A DNA stretch of 64,000 nucleotides from Octopus sinensis (GCF_006345805.1 NC_042997.1:192014001-192078000), one strand, 5' to 3'. Shown: positions 1-11,189, counted from the stretch's first letter. Made by a program: numbers and translations. The notes: generated from the letters alone by a model not told the origin.

Positions 1-1100
1 TAGACTAGATGATATTCAGTTATGCAGTTTAGCATTGTGCCAGGGAGAGGTGTACTGAAGCTCTCTTTCTAGTAAGGCAACTGTTGAAATATTTCTCCAA
101 AAGTAAAATTCATTACCTGGCTTTTGTCGACCAGGAGAAACCCTTCGACAAGGTCCATTGCTCTCTGATCTGGAGGCCGCTGCGGAAGTTAGACGAATGG
201 CTGGTGAGAACCGTTCAAACCAACTACAAAGGAGCTGTCAGTAAGGTATGAGTCAGCAACGAGTACAGTAATGAATTCAGTGAACAGGTAGGAGTTCACT
301 AGATCTCGGTTCTCAGTCTCCTATTTATCATTGCCCTCATGGCAATAACAGCGGAGTTTATGACTGGTTGCCCGTGAGAACTTCTCTATGTTAATGACCT
401 AGTCCTTATAGCTGAATCTGTTTAGAATTAGAAAAGAAATTACAGGTGCAGAAGCCAAACCTTAAACGGCCTTAATGACTTAGCAAAGACCAAAGTTCTG
501 ATAACCAGAAAAGCAAACAGGGTGCTAATCATTTCAGTAAATGGCCCTCTTCGTTATGCAGAAAAAGCGTAGGCATAAAATTTCATACTGTGTATCCAGT
601 ATAAACTACAGACCCATAAGTGGTGCAGTGGAGTCTCAAGAAATTTAAGAAAGAAAGTAGACTTTGGGGTACATGCGTAGGAGCAACTCGCAATCAGAAC
701 AAAGAGGAAATAGATTTTGTCGAATGCCCAGGTGGATCCTTAAAGGTAGAAGAGAGTTTTTGTTACCTTGGAGACCTAATTAACAGCGAAAGAGGATGCT
801 CTGAAAGTATAGTTGCTAGAATAAGAACCGGCTGGAAAAGTTCTTTGCTAGTAAAAGGCTTCTATCTCCGAGTGAACGGTAAGACGTATAGTATTTGTGT
901 ATGGCCTGCAATGCTACATAGTAGCAAGACATGGGCCCTGGATACAGAGAACCAGTAAAAATCAGAATTGAGCTAGTATGTTTCATTGGATATGCAACAG
1001 CAGTGATCCTTTGCGATAAGATGCAAATGCGTTGTGAGAAAAATTGGGTATGAGAAGAATCAGATATATTGTGCAAGAGATAAGACTACGCTGATATGAT
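1..1100 (+). mobile_element. Decayed RTE-clade LINE, reverse transcriptase and C-terminal region (runs off the left edge)
   Basis: Frameshifted RT motifs: LFLVRQLL..YLAFVDQEKPFDKV (~60-155), QVGVH..SVLS.LFII (~285-330), degenerate YADD region (~385-400), FCYLGDLINSERGCSESIVARIRTGWK (ORF 620-958). Many stops. Confidence 0.9.
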
Positions 1101-1611
1101 TATGTGATCCATATGGAAAAGGACAGCTGCATAAACGATAGTAAACTGGCCATTGCTTGTCCGCGATGCGCCCACCCATACCGAAAATCTATTCTCAATA
1201 CCGGAAACTCCTACAGGGCTCTGCCCCGCTTCTGTACCAGATGACTTGCATACCTTCCCTCCTTCTCCACCACCAACAATCGCCCACACTACTGCATGCA
1301 CCAAAAGGTGATGTTACTTAGGAAATTATTAGTAAATTAACAAACCACCTAGCTCTTTCTCCGTATACATAATGGACTAACCAACTGCAGATCATTTATA
1401 TGATTAATTTATGCATTGACCTACTTATATTTGCAGCTGTAACGCTTATATTTACAACGCTACTCACAACCAATAGGGACAATTTTAACATGTTTGAATG
1501 ATGGTAGGTTAAAGTGAGACCAACTGATGTGACATGTCTGTTACCAAACGATCACTGAAACCTTCTTTTCAGTGAAACCTTCTCTCCTCCCCATGTTCCC
1601 TCCCGCGCCCC

Positions 1612-4135
1612 TTACCCAGTTCTCAGGATTGCCACTGTCAATGTAGACACATTGAAAAGTAAGTCTAGTGAGATTGTTGAGCTGTTTGAACGGAGGCATG
1701 TTGATGTATGCTGCATCCAAGAAGTAAGGTGGAGAGGAGCTTCAGCCAGGTTCCTAACAGGCAAGAAGACACATAAGTATAAAATCTTTTGGGAAGGTAA
1801 CAGTAACAAGGTAGGCATACTTCTTGCAGAGAAATTGGTGGATAAGATCATAGAGGTAGTCAGAGTGAGCGATAGAGTGCTTAAGCTCAGGCTAGTCTTG
1901 CAGAATAGCATAGCATCAATTATCTCAGCCTATGTCCCACAAGCAGGCCTACCAAATAAACAAAAGGACCATTTTAATGATATTCTTCTACAGGCTACCT
2001 CTAAGGTGAATGACAAGGATCTCATCTTCATGGCTGAGGACTTCAATGGGCATGTCGGACGGCAGCCCGGTATTTTCCAAGGTGTACATGGGGGCCATGT
2101 GATGCAAATCACCTATCGATCTGCAACACCAACTTCAGGAAACCGACCAGCCACCTCATAACCTACCAGTCAGGCAGCTATGCTAGCCAGATCGATTACA
2201 TTCTCATTAGGCAGTGGGATACATGGTTGTTCTTAAATACAAAGATTCTCCCTGGTGAAGAAAGTATCCGCCAGCATAGACTAGCAACTAATGATTTTAG
2301 ACTCTAAGCACGAAGGATGCCAAGAAGCAGACCAATCTGGAAAAGAAAGATTTGGAAGCAAGGACTCATGTGCTCAAATTTAGGGACATCCTAATTGAAA
2401 AATTTGATGAGAGGGAGGAGCTACAAACTTGTGACAGAGGGCAACTGGGAATTTGTGGGCCAACTCGCTGAGTCTGTGGATGGTGCGAAGTCCCAACCAG
2501 ACTTAGGGTAATGTGGTGGTGGTGGAACGACCCATTAGAGCAAAGGCCTGGAAGAATGGGGTAGAAGGGAACTGTATCAGAAAGCCAGAAGGGAAGCTAG
2601 GAGACCGGTCTATCTAGCCAAGGGAGAAGCAGCAAAGAAGTTTGCCTATGTTCAGCAATGTCAGGACCAAAGAGCTGAAGTGTTTCAGATTTCAAGACAG
2701 CGTCAGAGAAAATCATGATGTCATAGGAGAAAAATGTGTCCGCATAGATGACGGTGCACTTGCATTTAATTATTCTGCAAAGAAAGAGGCTTGGAAATGC
2801 CATTATGAATGACTGCTGAACATGGAGAATGAATGGGAGAAGAGTCTGCCAAATGTTGACCCAATTGAGGGACCCAGCTACCAGAATCGACAGTACCTTG
2901 GTAGATAAAGCAATTAAGGATGTGAAGAGAGGGAAAGCCTCTGGTCCATCAGGAATCACTGCCGAGATGCTTAAAGTATCTGGCAGTGTGAGTTATGGTC
3001 TAGTCACCCGTATTGTAAATCCAGTGGTTCATGAAGGAGTCATACCCAATGACTGGTGTAACAGCACCATAGTCAACTGCTACAAAATTAAAGGTGATGC
3101 CTTAGATAGAAATAATTACAGAGATATCAAATTGTTGGATCAGGCGATGAAAGCTACTAATTAAGGAGAGAGTTAGCAGTTTGGTTTTGAACCGGGGAGA
3201 AGCACCACTGATGTTATATTTCTGGTAAGACAGCTGCAGGAGAAATACATAGCCAAAGATAAATCTCTGTACTTGGTCTTTGTTGATTAGGGACAGACGA
3301 GTGGTTGGTGAGAGCTATACAAGTTATGCACCAGTTGGGTGAGTGTTGGCAATGAGTACAGCGAAGAATTCAGGGTACAAGTAGGGGTTTACCAAGGATC
3401 AGTGTTCAGCTCTTTCTTGTTCATCATAGTCCTCCAGAAACAAGAGAAATTTGTGCCAGGCTGCCCCTGGGAACTTCTCTGTGCTGATCTTGCTCTTATA
3501 AAAGGTGCAGCAATATCAGAGGAAGGTTAACAAGGAAACTAGCTTTTGTACATGGAAAATGCACAGGTACAATAAATGCTAAAAATGTGCAGAAAATAGA
3601 ATCCATCAACTGCCGGGGGGAAGGGGAGGCAAGCTAGAGGTAATAGATAACTTCCGTTATCTAGGTGACCAAGTTAGTAGCAGAGGTGGACGCTCCAAGA
3701 GCGGAGCTGTGAGAATAAGATTAGGCTGGGCAAAGTTCAGAGAGCTCCTACCTCTGCTGGCAACAAAGAGCCTCTCCTTCAGAGTGAAAGCAGATTGTAT
3801 GATGCCTGTGTGTGAACAGCCATGCTACATGGCAATGAAACATGGGCTGAGACAGACAAGGACAAGCATAGGCTTCAAAGAAATGAAGCCAATATCCTTT
3901 GCTGTTAGTGCAATGTCAGTGTGCATGTTTGACAGAGGGTAAGCATCTCGAGAAAAAAGTTAGGCATAAGAAACATCAGATGTGGTGTGCAAGAAAGATG
4001 ACTGCACAGGTATGGTTATGTGATGCATCACACAAATGGCATCTGTGCTAGTGGCATGTAAAAGTACCCATTACATTCTTGGAGTCAAACCATCCAACCC
4101 ATGCCAGCATGGACAACGAACATTAAATGATGATG
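1612..4135 (+). mobile_element. Near-complete but decayed RTE LINE ORF2 (AP endonuclease + RT) with 3' tail
   Basis: APE motifs RIATVNVDTL, CCIQEVRW, ISAYVPQ, DFNGHVG (1625-2100); RT motifs GKASGPSGITAEMLK, NYRDIKLL, QVGVYQGSVFSSFLF, FRYLGDQV, RIRLGWAKFRELLPLL; ends in aacccatgccagcatgg...(gat)n at ~4095-4135. Confidence 0.92.
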
Positions 4136-4264
4136 GTGCCATGCAAAAATACCCAACACAGTACTCTTAAGTGGTTGGCATTAGGAAGGGCGTCCAGCTG
4201 TAGAAGAAACCTTGCCAAAATCAGACAATTGGAGTTTGATGCAACTTTCAGGCTTCCAGCTTCT

Positions 4265-4499
4265 TATTTCTTTACTGCCCACAAGGGGCTACACACAGAG
4301 GGGACAAACAAGGACAGACAAACGGATATAGTCAATTACATCGACCCCAGTGTGCAACTGGTACTTAATTTATGGACCCCAAAAGGATGAAAGGCAAAGT
4401 TGACCTTGGCGGAATTTGAACTCAGAATGTAGCAGCGGATGAAATCCCGCTAAGCATTTCGCACGGCGTGCTAACGTTTCTGCCAGCTCGCCACCAGTT
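4265..4499 (-). mobile_element. tRNA-derived SINE (family B) inserted in an RTE 3' tail (4140-4572)
   Basis: Minus-strand head ggcgagctggcagaaacgttagc...gagttcaaattcc (A/B boxes); 12-bp TSD cttccagcttct at 4253-4264 and 4500-4511. Confidence 0.85.
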
Positions 4500-4712
4500 C
4501 TTCCAGCTTCTGGTAAACCATTCAACCCATGCCAGCATGGAAAAATGGACTTTTAAAAGAAGATGATGATGAATATTAGTGGTGGAGTTAATTTGAACTT
4601 GAATTAATTTTTAATGAAATATTCAACAACAGCAACAAAATATATGAAACAAATATTTTAATAATATAATTATTGATATTTCATAAAATTCAGTCTTGCA
4701 TCACAGCTAATG

Positions 4713-4982
4713 CTATATACTGTCAGCCACCAACTGAGATATAGTGTGTGTTGGAAGTTTAAGGAATGTGATGGCAGAATGCCAAAGTTCATCACGTTGA
4801 TTTGTATGCAGCCAGATGCTGTTCTCTGTGTCGTTCATGTACTTCAGCTGATGTAGGACGTTGTGACATAAGTGGGTCAGGTAGATAGTTACTTGCGACA
4901 TGTATAGTTTATGTATATCAACTGCATTACCGATATTTATTACACCGAGAGCAGTTTCCTCAGATAGCAATGCATAACGTTC
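4713..4982 (-). CDS. TEX10: TEX10/Ipi1 coding exon 13 (last identified; TAG at 4715-4713)
   Basis: Acceptor ttttctcag|GAA, phase 0; ERYALLSEETALGVINIG...NQRDELWHSAITFLKLPT resembles human TEX10 STAGCVFGVIC...KRDKLWGVCVSILALLP (recalled). 3' end could splice onward. Confidence 0.75.
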   Translation of the reverse strand, partial: ERYALLSEETALGVINIGNAVDIHKLYMSQVTIYLTHLCHNVLHQLKYMNDTENSIWLHTNQRDELWHSAITFLKLPTHTISQLVADSI

Positions 4983-5062
4983 CTGAGAAAAGAGAGAAAA
5001 AAATAATACGTTTAGAAAACATATAAACAAACACAGTTAAAAAGGAAACATTACAAATACTG

Positions 5063-5476
5063 GGATCTTTTCGGTTTGAACGGCAGTTTTTAAAAATAAT
5101 TTCCACGTAACTAAACACTTTTAAACTTCGTATACTGGTAGAATGTGTTTATGAAACATCTTTTTCTCTTGGCTTTATTGAGAGAATTCTATGGTTTGTA
5201 AGATATTTGTTGTTGTTTTTTTCTTCAATTTCTGCAATTTCAACCAATCAATGACGTCTATTGAGGTGAAAACATTCTGTGCCATATGAATATGTCCCTC
5301 GTTTAAGAAACACATTGGGTTTATTTACATTTCTGAAGAAAAAAAAGATACCCTTCCCCCCACCCCTAACCCTAAAACAGATTGAAGTGCAATAGATCGA
5401 TACTAGGGTCATAATTATGGGCGACAATTTCATATGACACCGCTAGAAAAAACTGCCGTTCAAACTGAAAAGATCC
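5063..5476. mobile_element. MITE with GGATCTTTTCGGTTTGAACGGCAGTTTTT TIRs (Merlin- or MULE-type)
   Basis: ~30-bp TIRs; perfect 9-bp TSD caaatactg at 5054-5062 and 5477-5485. Confidence 0.9.
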
Positions 5477-5495
5477 CAAATACTGTAATCACTGT

Positions 5496-5709
5496 TTGTT
5501 TGAAGGTCTGTAACTCTTGCTTGCTTGAGACAGCATTCACCCGAGGTGGGTTGAGCTGGCTTCATTCATCCTCAATGCTGCATCTCTCACAAACGCTGAC
5601 CAGGCTTGGCGTTTGTGAGAGATACAGCATTGAGGATGAATGAAGCCAGCTCAACCCACCTCGGGTGAATGCTATCTCAAGCAAGCAAGAGTTACGGGCC
5701 TTCAAACAA
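5496..5709. repeat. ~100-bp-arm near-perfect inverted repeat at the 5' end of a LINE RT fragment (5610-5880, +)
   Basis: Arms 5496-5599 and 5606-5709 are complementary with about 4 transition mismatches plus 2 G-T wobbles at the loop; the right arm continues into FKEYIQPVMIYGNETWAF (LINE RT C-terminal motif). Confidence 0.9.
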
Positions 5710-5979
5710 TTTGAAGCTAACGACCGCGTGATCTCCAACCACTCCCTATTCAAAGAGTACATCCAGCCAGTGATGATTTACGGCAATGAAACATGGGCTT
5801 TCAGCACTACCATCATGAAAACCCTCGTTATAGACCAACAGAAAATGCCTGTAACTCATGTAGTGTCAATGGATATCAATTAGAGGTCAAGGTTTTTCTT
5901 TCATTAGTGATTCACTAGAGTCAACCCGTGACCCACGATATGCCAACAGTCAACTGTGTCAATGAGAGAATCTCTACAC

Positions 5980-6238
5980 CAGTGTTTCTTAAACATTTTT
6001 TTTACTTGTTGACCCCTTTGATATCTATTTTACTTGGATGGATCCTCAGAGCCATTCGATGTTAAAAAAAAAAAAAAAAAAAACATTTTTATCATTCAAT
6101 ACCTTTAGGAAATGTATAAAAAAAACTTAAATGTTTAGTGTATTGTAGAAGTATGACTAATTTATTGCACATAAATTTTAACAATAAAATCCTCTATGAA
6201 CCTCCAGGGGCCATATGAACCCCGACTGAGAACCACTG
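5980..6238. mobile_element. hAT-type MITE
   Basis: Termini cagtgtttctta...tgagaaccactg; 8-bp TSD ctctacac/ctgtacac (7/8). Confidence 0.75.
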
Positions 6239-6938
6239 CTGTACACAATTGCTCAAAAAAGGTGATGGGGAAGGACATTACGTAATGTAGTTGTAAATAT
6301 ACAGACTAGAAAAAAAGATGGACTGGCTACAACTTGAACATCTTTGATCATAAACCTGCACAATAAGGATTGACTTGGGGCTAGACAGCTACAGTCAATG
6401 GCCTGAACCAGATATTGATGCTATCAATGCACACTTGATATTGTTATTGGTATCCAATGCAATACTGCAATCAACATCATAAAAGCACACAAATTATTCA
6501 CTACACGAAACAAGCAAGTCTTTCCCTAACGCCAACCATTCCGAGAGTGTAGTGGGTGCTTTTACGTGCCACCGGTACGAGGGCCAGTCAGGCGGTACTG
6601 GCAACGGCCACACTCAAATGGTGCTTTTTATGTACCACCTGCACAGGAGCCAGCCCAGCGGCACTGGCAATGACCTTGCTTGAATGTTTTTTCACGTGCC
6701 AGTAAGGCAAAGCTTGTAACGATCATGCACATACCAATATATAATGTAAAAAATTATGTACCATGTAAAAAGCACCCAGTAAACAGGGTTAAAGTGGTTG
6801 GCATTAGGAAGGACACCCAACTGCAGAAACCAAGCCAGAATAAACTATGGAATCTAGTGCAGCTCCTGACCTTACCATCTCCTGTCAAACCATCCAGCTG
6901 ATGTCAGCATGGAAAACACATGTTGAATGAATGAATAA

Positions 6939-7040
6939 GAAGAATAAGAATACGAATAAGAAGAATAAGAATATGTAGAATAAGAATAAGAAGAAGAATA
7001 AGAGGAGGAGGAAGTGGTGGTGATGGTGATAATGATGATG
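6939..7040. repeat. (AAGAAT)n / (GGT,GAT)n microsatellite
   Basis: Directly visible simple repeats. Confidence 0.85.
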
Positions 7041-7137
7041 AACACAGATTATTCTAACAAATACATGATGCCAGCAAGGGTTTAGACAGGATATAATGGG
7101 GCATCTTTCCAACTGAAACACCAAACCGTATACTCAC

Positions 7138-7218
7138 CAACAGATCACAGAGTAACCTATCCATGAAAATCTGAACCTGAGATGTATTAGGCCAACTGGT
7201 GAGCAGAGAACAAACAAC
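7138..7218 (-). CDS. TEX10: TEX10 coding exon 12
   Basis: ttttttttcag|GTT...TTG|gtgagt; 81 nt, phase 0/0; VVCSLLTSWPNTSQVQIFMDRLLCDLL. Confidence 0.8.
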
Positions 7219-7389
7219 CTGAAAAAAAATAAAGCAACATAGTTTTAAATAAAAAAAAAAAAAAACCAGAAACAACTTCAGATGTTTAAACCTTTAGTGT
7301 TCAGGTTCCTCTGTCAAATGTAAAGCTTTTTTATTCACAATGTTTTGAATTAGTCATACACTACAAGGTAGTGTATGACTACACCATAT

Positions 7390-7650
7390 GCCCACGGGTG
7401 TATGGCGTAGTGGTTAAGAGCACGGGCTACTAACCCCAAGATTCTGAGTTCAATTCCAAGCAGTGACCTGAACAATAACATCGAAAAATACCTTAGGAAT
7501 GAGAACCCAGGTTCGAAATTTCCCAAGACACCCGAAGAAGGATGGAGAGTATACCAGCTGGAATGTTGTGTTAACAACAAACAAGATGACAAATATCTGT
7601 TGAAAGAAAATAATGTAAATAATTCCTCATCCCTTAAATATAGAACTGTA
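7390..7650 (+). mobile_element. tRNA-headed SINE (distinct family)
   Basis: A box tggcgtagtgg, B box gttcaattcc, then non-tRNA body ending aataatgtaaataattcctc; tRNA acceptor stem not intact. Confidence 0.75.
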
Positions 7651-8107
7651 CTACCTTGTAGCTTTGATATTTCAATGAAGTGATTGTTCATTTTTAGAAT
7701 AATTCTTTCTACTAAAGGCACAAGGCCTGAAATTTTGGGAGAAGGAACTGACCAAAGACAAGCCAGTGAGATGATCTCACTCGCTCTACAGTAATAGCAC
7801 ACTAGATAAACAGCCAATGAAAGAATCTCATTGAGGCCACCTGAACTAAAAATACTCTCCAAATCTCCCTTAAATCATAACCGCAAAGAATAAAATACTG
7901 TCATGGTTGGAACCTGTTCTATGTTCAAACTGGCCAGATTCAGCCTCACACATCTACCATATAATATCACTGTGAAAATAAACAACCATCAAAATCTTGA
8001 AGATAATGCATGATTAATTCAAAACAATGTGAATAAATGAGCATTACATTTGACAGAGAGAAATCTGAATGCTAAATCAATGACATAAAAATTATGAACA
8101 AATTTAA

Positions 8108-8879
8108 CCCTTTTGTTACCAACCCGGCTGAAACCAGCTCTGGCTCTGAGTACAAATGTCTTGTCTTCATAAGTTTTGAATTAAAATCTTCCACCAAACC
8201 TTAGTCACAATTTATGTACCTAAAACTAGCTGAATGATAACTAAGTTATTTTACTAAATTCTTTGTTATATTTAAAATAATTGAAAGAAACACAGAGCAT
8301 CACAAAATAAATACAGTAACGAAAGGGTTAAGATATATAATAGAGAAACAATTCTTAACCCTTTTGATACCAACCCAGCTGAAACCGCCTCTGGCTCTGT
8401 AGTACAAATGTCTTGTTTTCATAAGCTTTGAATTAAAATCTTCCACCAAACCTTAGTCACAATTTATGTTCCTAAAACTAGCTGAATGATAAGTTATTTT
8501 ACTAAATTCTTTGTTATAATAATAATAATAATAATAATAATAATTGTGTACAGTGCTCAGGTGCACTACAACTCATCTAAAGTCTATATATTATCAGGTG
8601 TAGTTTCGGCGGATTTCGGAAAGCATGAGGGCCTTAAAGGATGCAGTGTCATGGCAGTCAACAACTGACGCAGGCAGTTTATTCCATGCTTCAGCAACTC
8701 TGAGCGTGAAAAAATGTTTCCGAAAGTCATGGGAGCTGTATTGTTTTCTGACTTTGTAGGCATGTCCACGTGTGTTGGACACATGGAGATCAAAAAGGTG
8801 TTCAGTGTTGTTGTTGTTTATATTTAAAGTAACTGAAAGAAACACAGAGCATTTCAAAACAAATACAGTAACGAAAGGG
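8108..8879. mobile_element. Composite piggyBac-type MITE dimer (MITE-A + 23-bp spacer + MITE-A interrupted by a CR1 tail)
   Basis: TTAA|CCCTTT...AAAGGG|TTAA termini at 8108, 8327, 8359 and 8879; same spacer as at 40296-40318. Confidence 0.85.
8516..8810 (-). mobile_element. CR1-type LINE 3' end with (ATT)n tail
   Basis: HDFRKHFFTLRVAEAWNKLPASVVDCHDTASFKALM (CR1 RT C-terminal motif), 3' UTR, then (ATT)n. Confidence 0.85.
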
Positions 8880-8902
8880 TTAAGAGAGGATAACTGACTT
8901 AC

Positions 8903-9042
8903 TTTCACAATCTGACAATGCCGTGTAGTGGGTGCAGACTGAGTAGAAAACAACACTCTTGTACCTTGCATCCCTCCAGATAAATGCAGTGAATTTAGAT
9001 CAGATTGATTAGGCAAACTTGAAAGTTCTTTCTGGTTCTGAC
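8903..9042 (-). CDS. TEX10: TEX10 coding exon 11
   Basis: ttttttcaatcag|GT...AAA|gtaagt; 140 nt, phase 1/0; GQNQKELSSLPNQ... matches the GFSKEELTWLQ position of human TEX10. Confidence 0.8.
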
Positions 9043-9429
9043 CTGATTGAAAAAATAAAAATGTGTTGGGACTATTTATATATGTGTGTTTTCATGTGTG
9101 TGCATGAATATAATATACATAGGATGCATGTCCTCATCATCATCTAAAAGTCCCATTTTTAATGCTTGCAAGGCTCAGATGGAATTCATTGATGATAATT
9201 TTCTACAACCAGATGACCTCCCTGTCTCTAAGCAAGATATTACTTTCCCATAGCCAGACAGGTTTACACAGAAGACTGGAAATAAAGGACATTGCTTGTA
9301 TGATTGTGACACTCCCTTACAACTACTGTGTGATGTCAAGACAAGGAGACACAAGCAGCCCCTTCTCCCAGGCACAGACACATATATAAAGTGCTTCTTA
9401 CACTGTCTGCTTACTGAATCTACATGTAG

Positions 9430-9615
9430 AAGGCACTCGTGACGGCGACGTGTAACAAGCACCCGTGATGGCAATGGGTAAAAGGCACCTGTGACGGCGA
9501 CGCATAAAAGGCACTGTGACGGCAATGCGTAAAAAGCACCCATGACAGAGACGCGTAAAAAGCACCCGTGACGCGTAAAAGGCATCTGTGACAGCGACAC
9601 ATAAAAGGAACCCAT
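9430..9615 (+). repeat. ~26-bp minisatellite (aaaaggcacctgtgacggcgacgc-like, ~7 units)
   Basis: Visible periodicity; unit related to the RTE 3' UTR gtggcacgtaaaaagcacc motif. Confidence 0.8.
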
Positions 9616-9908
9616 GAGCTGATTTCATGGTACCTATTCAGCTCTATTGAATAAAAGCAGTGCATTTTGCTTGAATTATGGTAACAAAAGGGTCAATCAA
9701 CAAATTCCATTTCATCATTATTCTTATAGGTCAAACTTTTTGTAATATTTAGAAATCTCTCTCTCACACACACACACAGACAAAATGTGACTTGTGATAT
9801 TTCTAGAAGTGCAAGGACTATGAATAAGACTCTGTCTTTGATAGACCATGATAGTATGAAGATGTGGATGTAAAATGACTATGATAATGTTACATAAGAT
9901 TTGCTTAC

Positions 9909-9982
9909 CTAAAGCAGTAGAGAAAAGGAGAGTGAAATATTGGTTGACTTCAGTTGAAGAAGGAGAACTTAATCGAATCAGT
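9909..9982 (-). CDS. TEX10: TEX10 coding exon 10
   Basis: gttcctgtttccag|A...G|gtaagc; 74 nt, phase 2/1; STEVNQYFTLLFSTALG vs human DVDYFSFLFSTLTG. Confidence 0.85.
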
Positions 9983-10123
9983 CTGGAAACAGGAACAATT
10001 ATCAAGTTAGACAAACCAACAGAAACAGAAAATTATACATATATAATCAAAATCAGAAAATTTATGGAAAATATGTAGAAAAGAAACTTGAAATTTATTA
10101 GCATGCTTTTATATTCAACAATA

Positions 10124-10166
<43 letters not shown>

Positions 10167-10716
10167 AAAAATAGGGTTTATAATAATAGGAAAACATTTT
10201 CAAATACATTTTTTATTTCAAATTAATAATCAATTACTTGGGCAGTTTTCAAACATAATTTCTAAATATGAAATAAAGACATAACATTTTAAGCATTTAA
10301 AAACCAGGGTGGATTAAAAAATGCCAAAAGGAAAGTAAGAATTTTCAATTTTGATTTAACTTTTTGGTTATGATTAAAGGAATAGATTTAAAGAATTTCA
10401 TTTCCTATTGTATTTAATGTTTGTTGAAATTCACTAACAATACTCCTGATGTGCTTGTGCACCTTTTCCTCTTTATGGTTCTTTTACTGTGCACCTTTCT
10501 ATCTTTTTGTGTTTATTGCATACTGTGCATGCACTTCTGGTCTAATGTGTCTTGTGTTTTCTATCCCCTCTTTTAACTAACGAGTTCTAGTATAATTGAA
10601 CAGTATGTGCAACAAGCTCATAATTAAAACATTTGTGCTAACTCTATGACTCCTGATTTAAGAAAATAATGAAAAATACAAATAAAGTATCTTAACTCAA
10701 ATTAGAAAAAGTGTTT

Positions 10717-10912
10717 TGCCAGTGGCACGCAAAAGCACCCACTACACTTTTGGAGTGGTTGGCGCTAGGAAGGGCATCCAGCTGTAGAAACTCTGCCAGA
10801 TCAAGATTGGAGCCTGGTGCAGCCATCTGGTTCACCATTCCTCAGTCAAATCGTCCAACCCATGCTAGCATGGAAAGCGGACATTAAATGACGATGATGA
10901 TGATGATGATGT
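10717..10912 (+). mobile_element. 5'-truncated RTE LINE 3' end with (GAT)n tail
   Basis: tggcgctaggaagggcatccagctgtag...aacccatgctagcatggaaagcggac...(gat)n, same tail as the ORF2-bearing copy at 1612-4135. Confidence 0.85.
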
Positions 10913-11189
10913 AGCAGAGAGAAAAAAACTCCAGGAGTGTTCTGCATATTAAATTGCAAGAGAGTTGCATTTTGATTGAAATTATCCGTGCTATTTATAG
11001 AGAGAAAAAAAACACTTTCAAAAAGTTGGTTTAAAATCCAACAATCTAACAAAGAAGCAAGGAAGACAACTCCACTAAAATCAATTAGAAATTTTGGAAA
11101 ATATAGTGAATACAGAATATAAGTGCAGAACGCACTTGGTATTTTCCCCTTAGCCTTGTTGGTAATTCTAATCTGCACCATTCATCATC

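Noticed and set aside
1130-1610. Possible HDV-like ribozyme or 5' UTR of the RTE copy, or a further TEX10 exon
   Set aside because: Could not fold the nested double pseudoknot; no open frame with splice signals on the minus strand.
7390-7465. tRNA gene
   Set aside because: A/B boxes present but acceptor stem is broken and it runs into a repeat body; this is a SINE head. The same applies to the other SINE heads.
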